This document shows, piece by piece, positions 63,977 through 64,000 of a stretch of DNA of 64,000 nt. Within the stretch, counting starts at the first letter, position 1. Each line of letters opens with the position of its first letter. The position numbers were made by a program, and so were the translations under genes. A model generated the notes under the pieces. The model saw nothing but the letters and a program-made list of their open reading frames with translations. It did not search any database and had not been told where the DNA came from. Origin of the DNA: Tubiluchus corallicola (lineage: Eukaryota > Animalia > Priapulida). The DNA is taken from assembly GCA_030141605.1 (NCBI GenBank), contig JAQGDQ010000106.1, forward strand, positions 372,001 through 436,000, given 5' to 3'.

Positions 63977-64000
63977 TTTAAAAATTTTCATATAAATGTT

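Overview
AT-rich, intron-rich animal genomic DNA. It is not prokaryotic. An invertebrate, possibly an ascidian/tunicate, is my guess, but the taxon cannot be established from this window. I assembled four spliced genes by hand from GT-AG boundaries and reading-frame phase. (1) The first two exons of WDR92/DNAAF10 (- strand, running off the left edge). (2) A complete 23-coding-exon CENP-E/kinesin-7 gene (- strand, 30699->5774, about 2977 aa) with a 5.65-kb exon and a C-terminal CKQQ CaaX box. (3) A complete 6-exon invertebrate-type CLIC gene (- strand, 49132->36748, 257 aa). (4) The 5' part of a CEP162-like gene (+ strand, from 53482, running off the right edge). Non-coding space holds LINE remnants, MITE/SINE remnants, minisatellites and a three-element nested insertion. 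The most unusual structure is a 14-copy 58/59-bp tandem array that amplifies a CEP162 exon end plus its splice donor; alternate units form five candidate in-frame 24-nt microexons. I found no CRISPR array, intact tRNA/rRNA gene or prokaryotic-type system. Most short ORFs in the supplied track are antisense shadows or intronic noise. Homology calls rest on recalled family motifs, not database searches.
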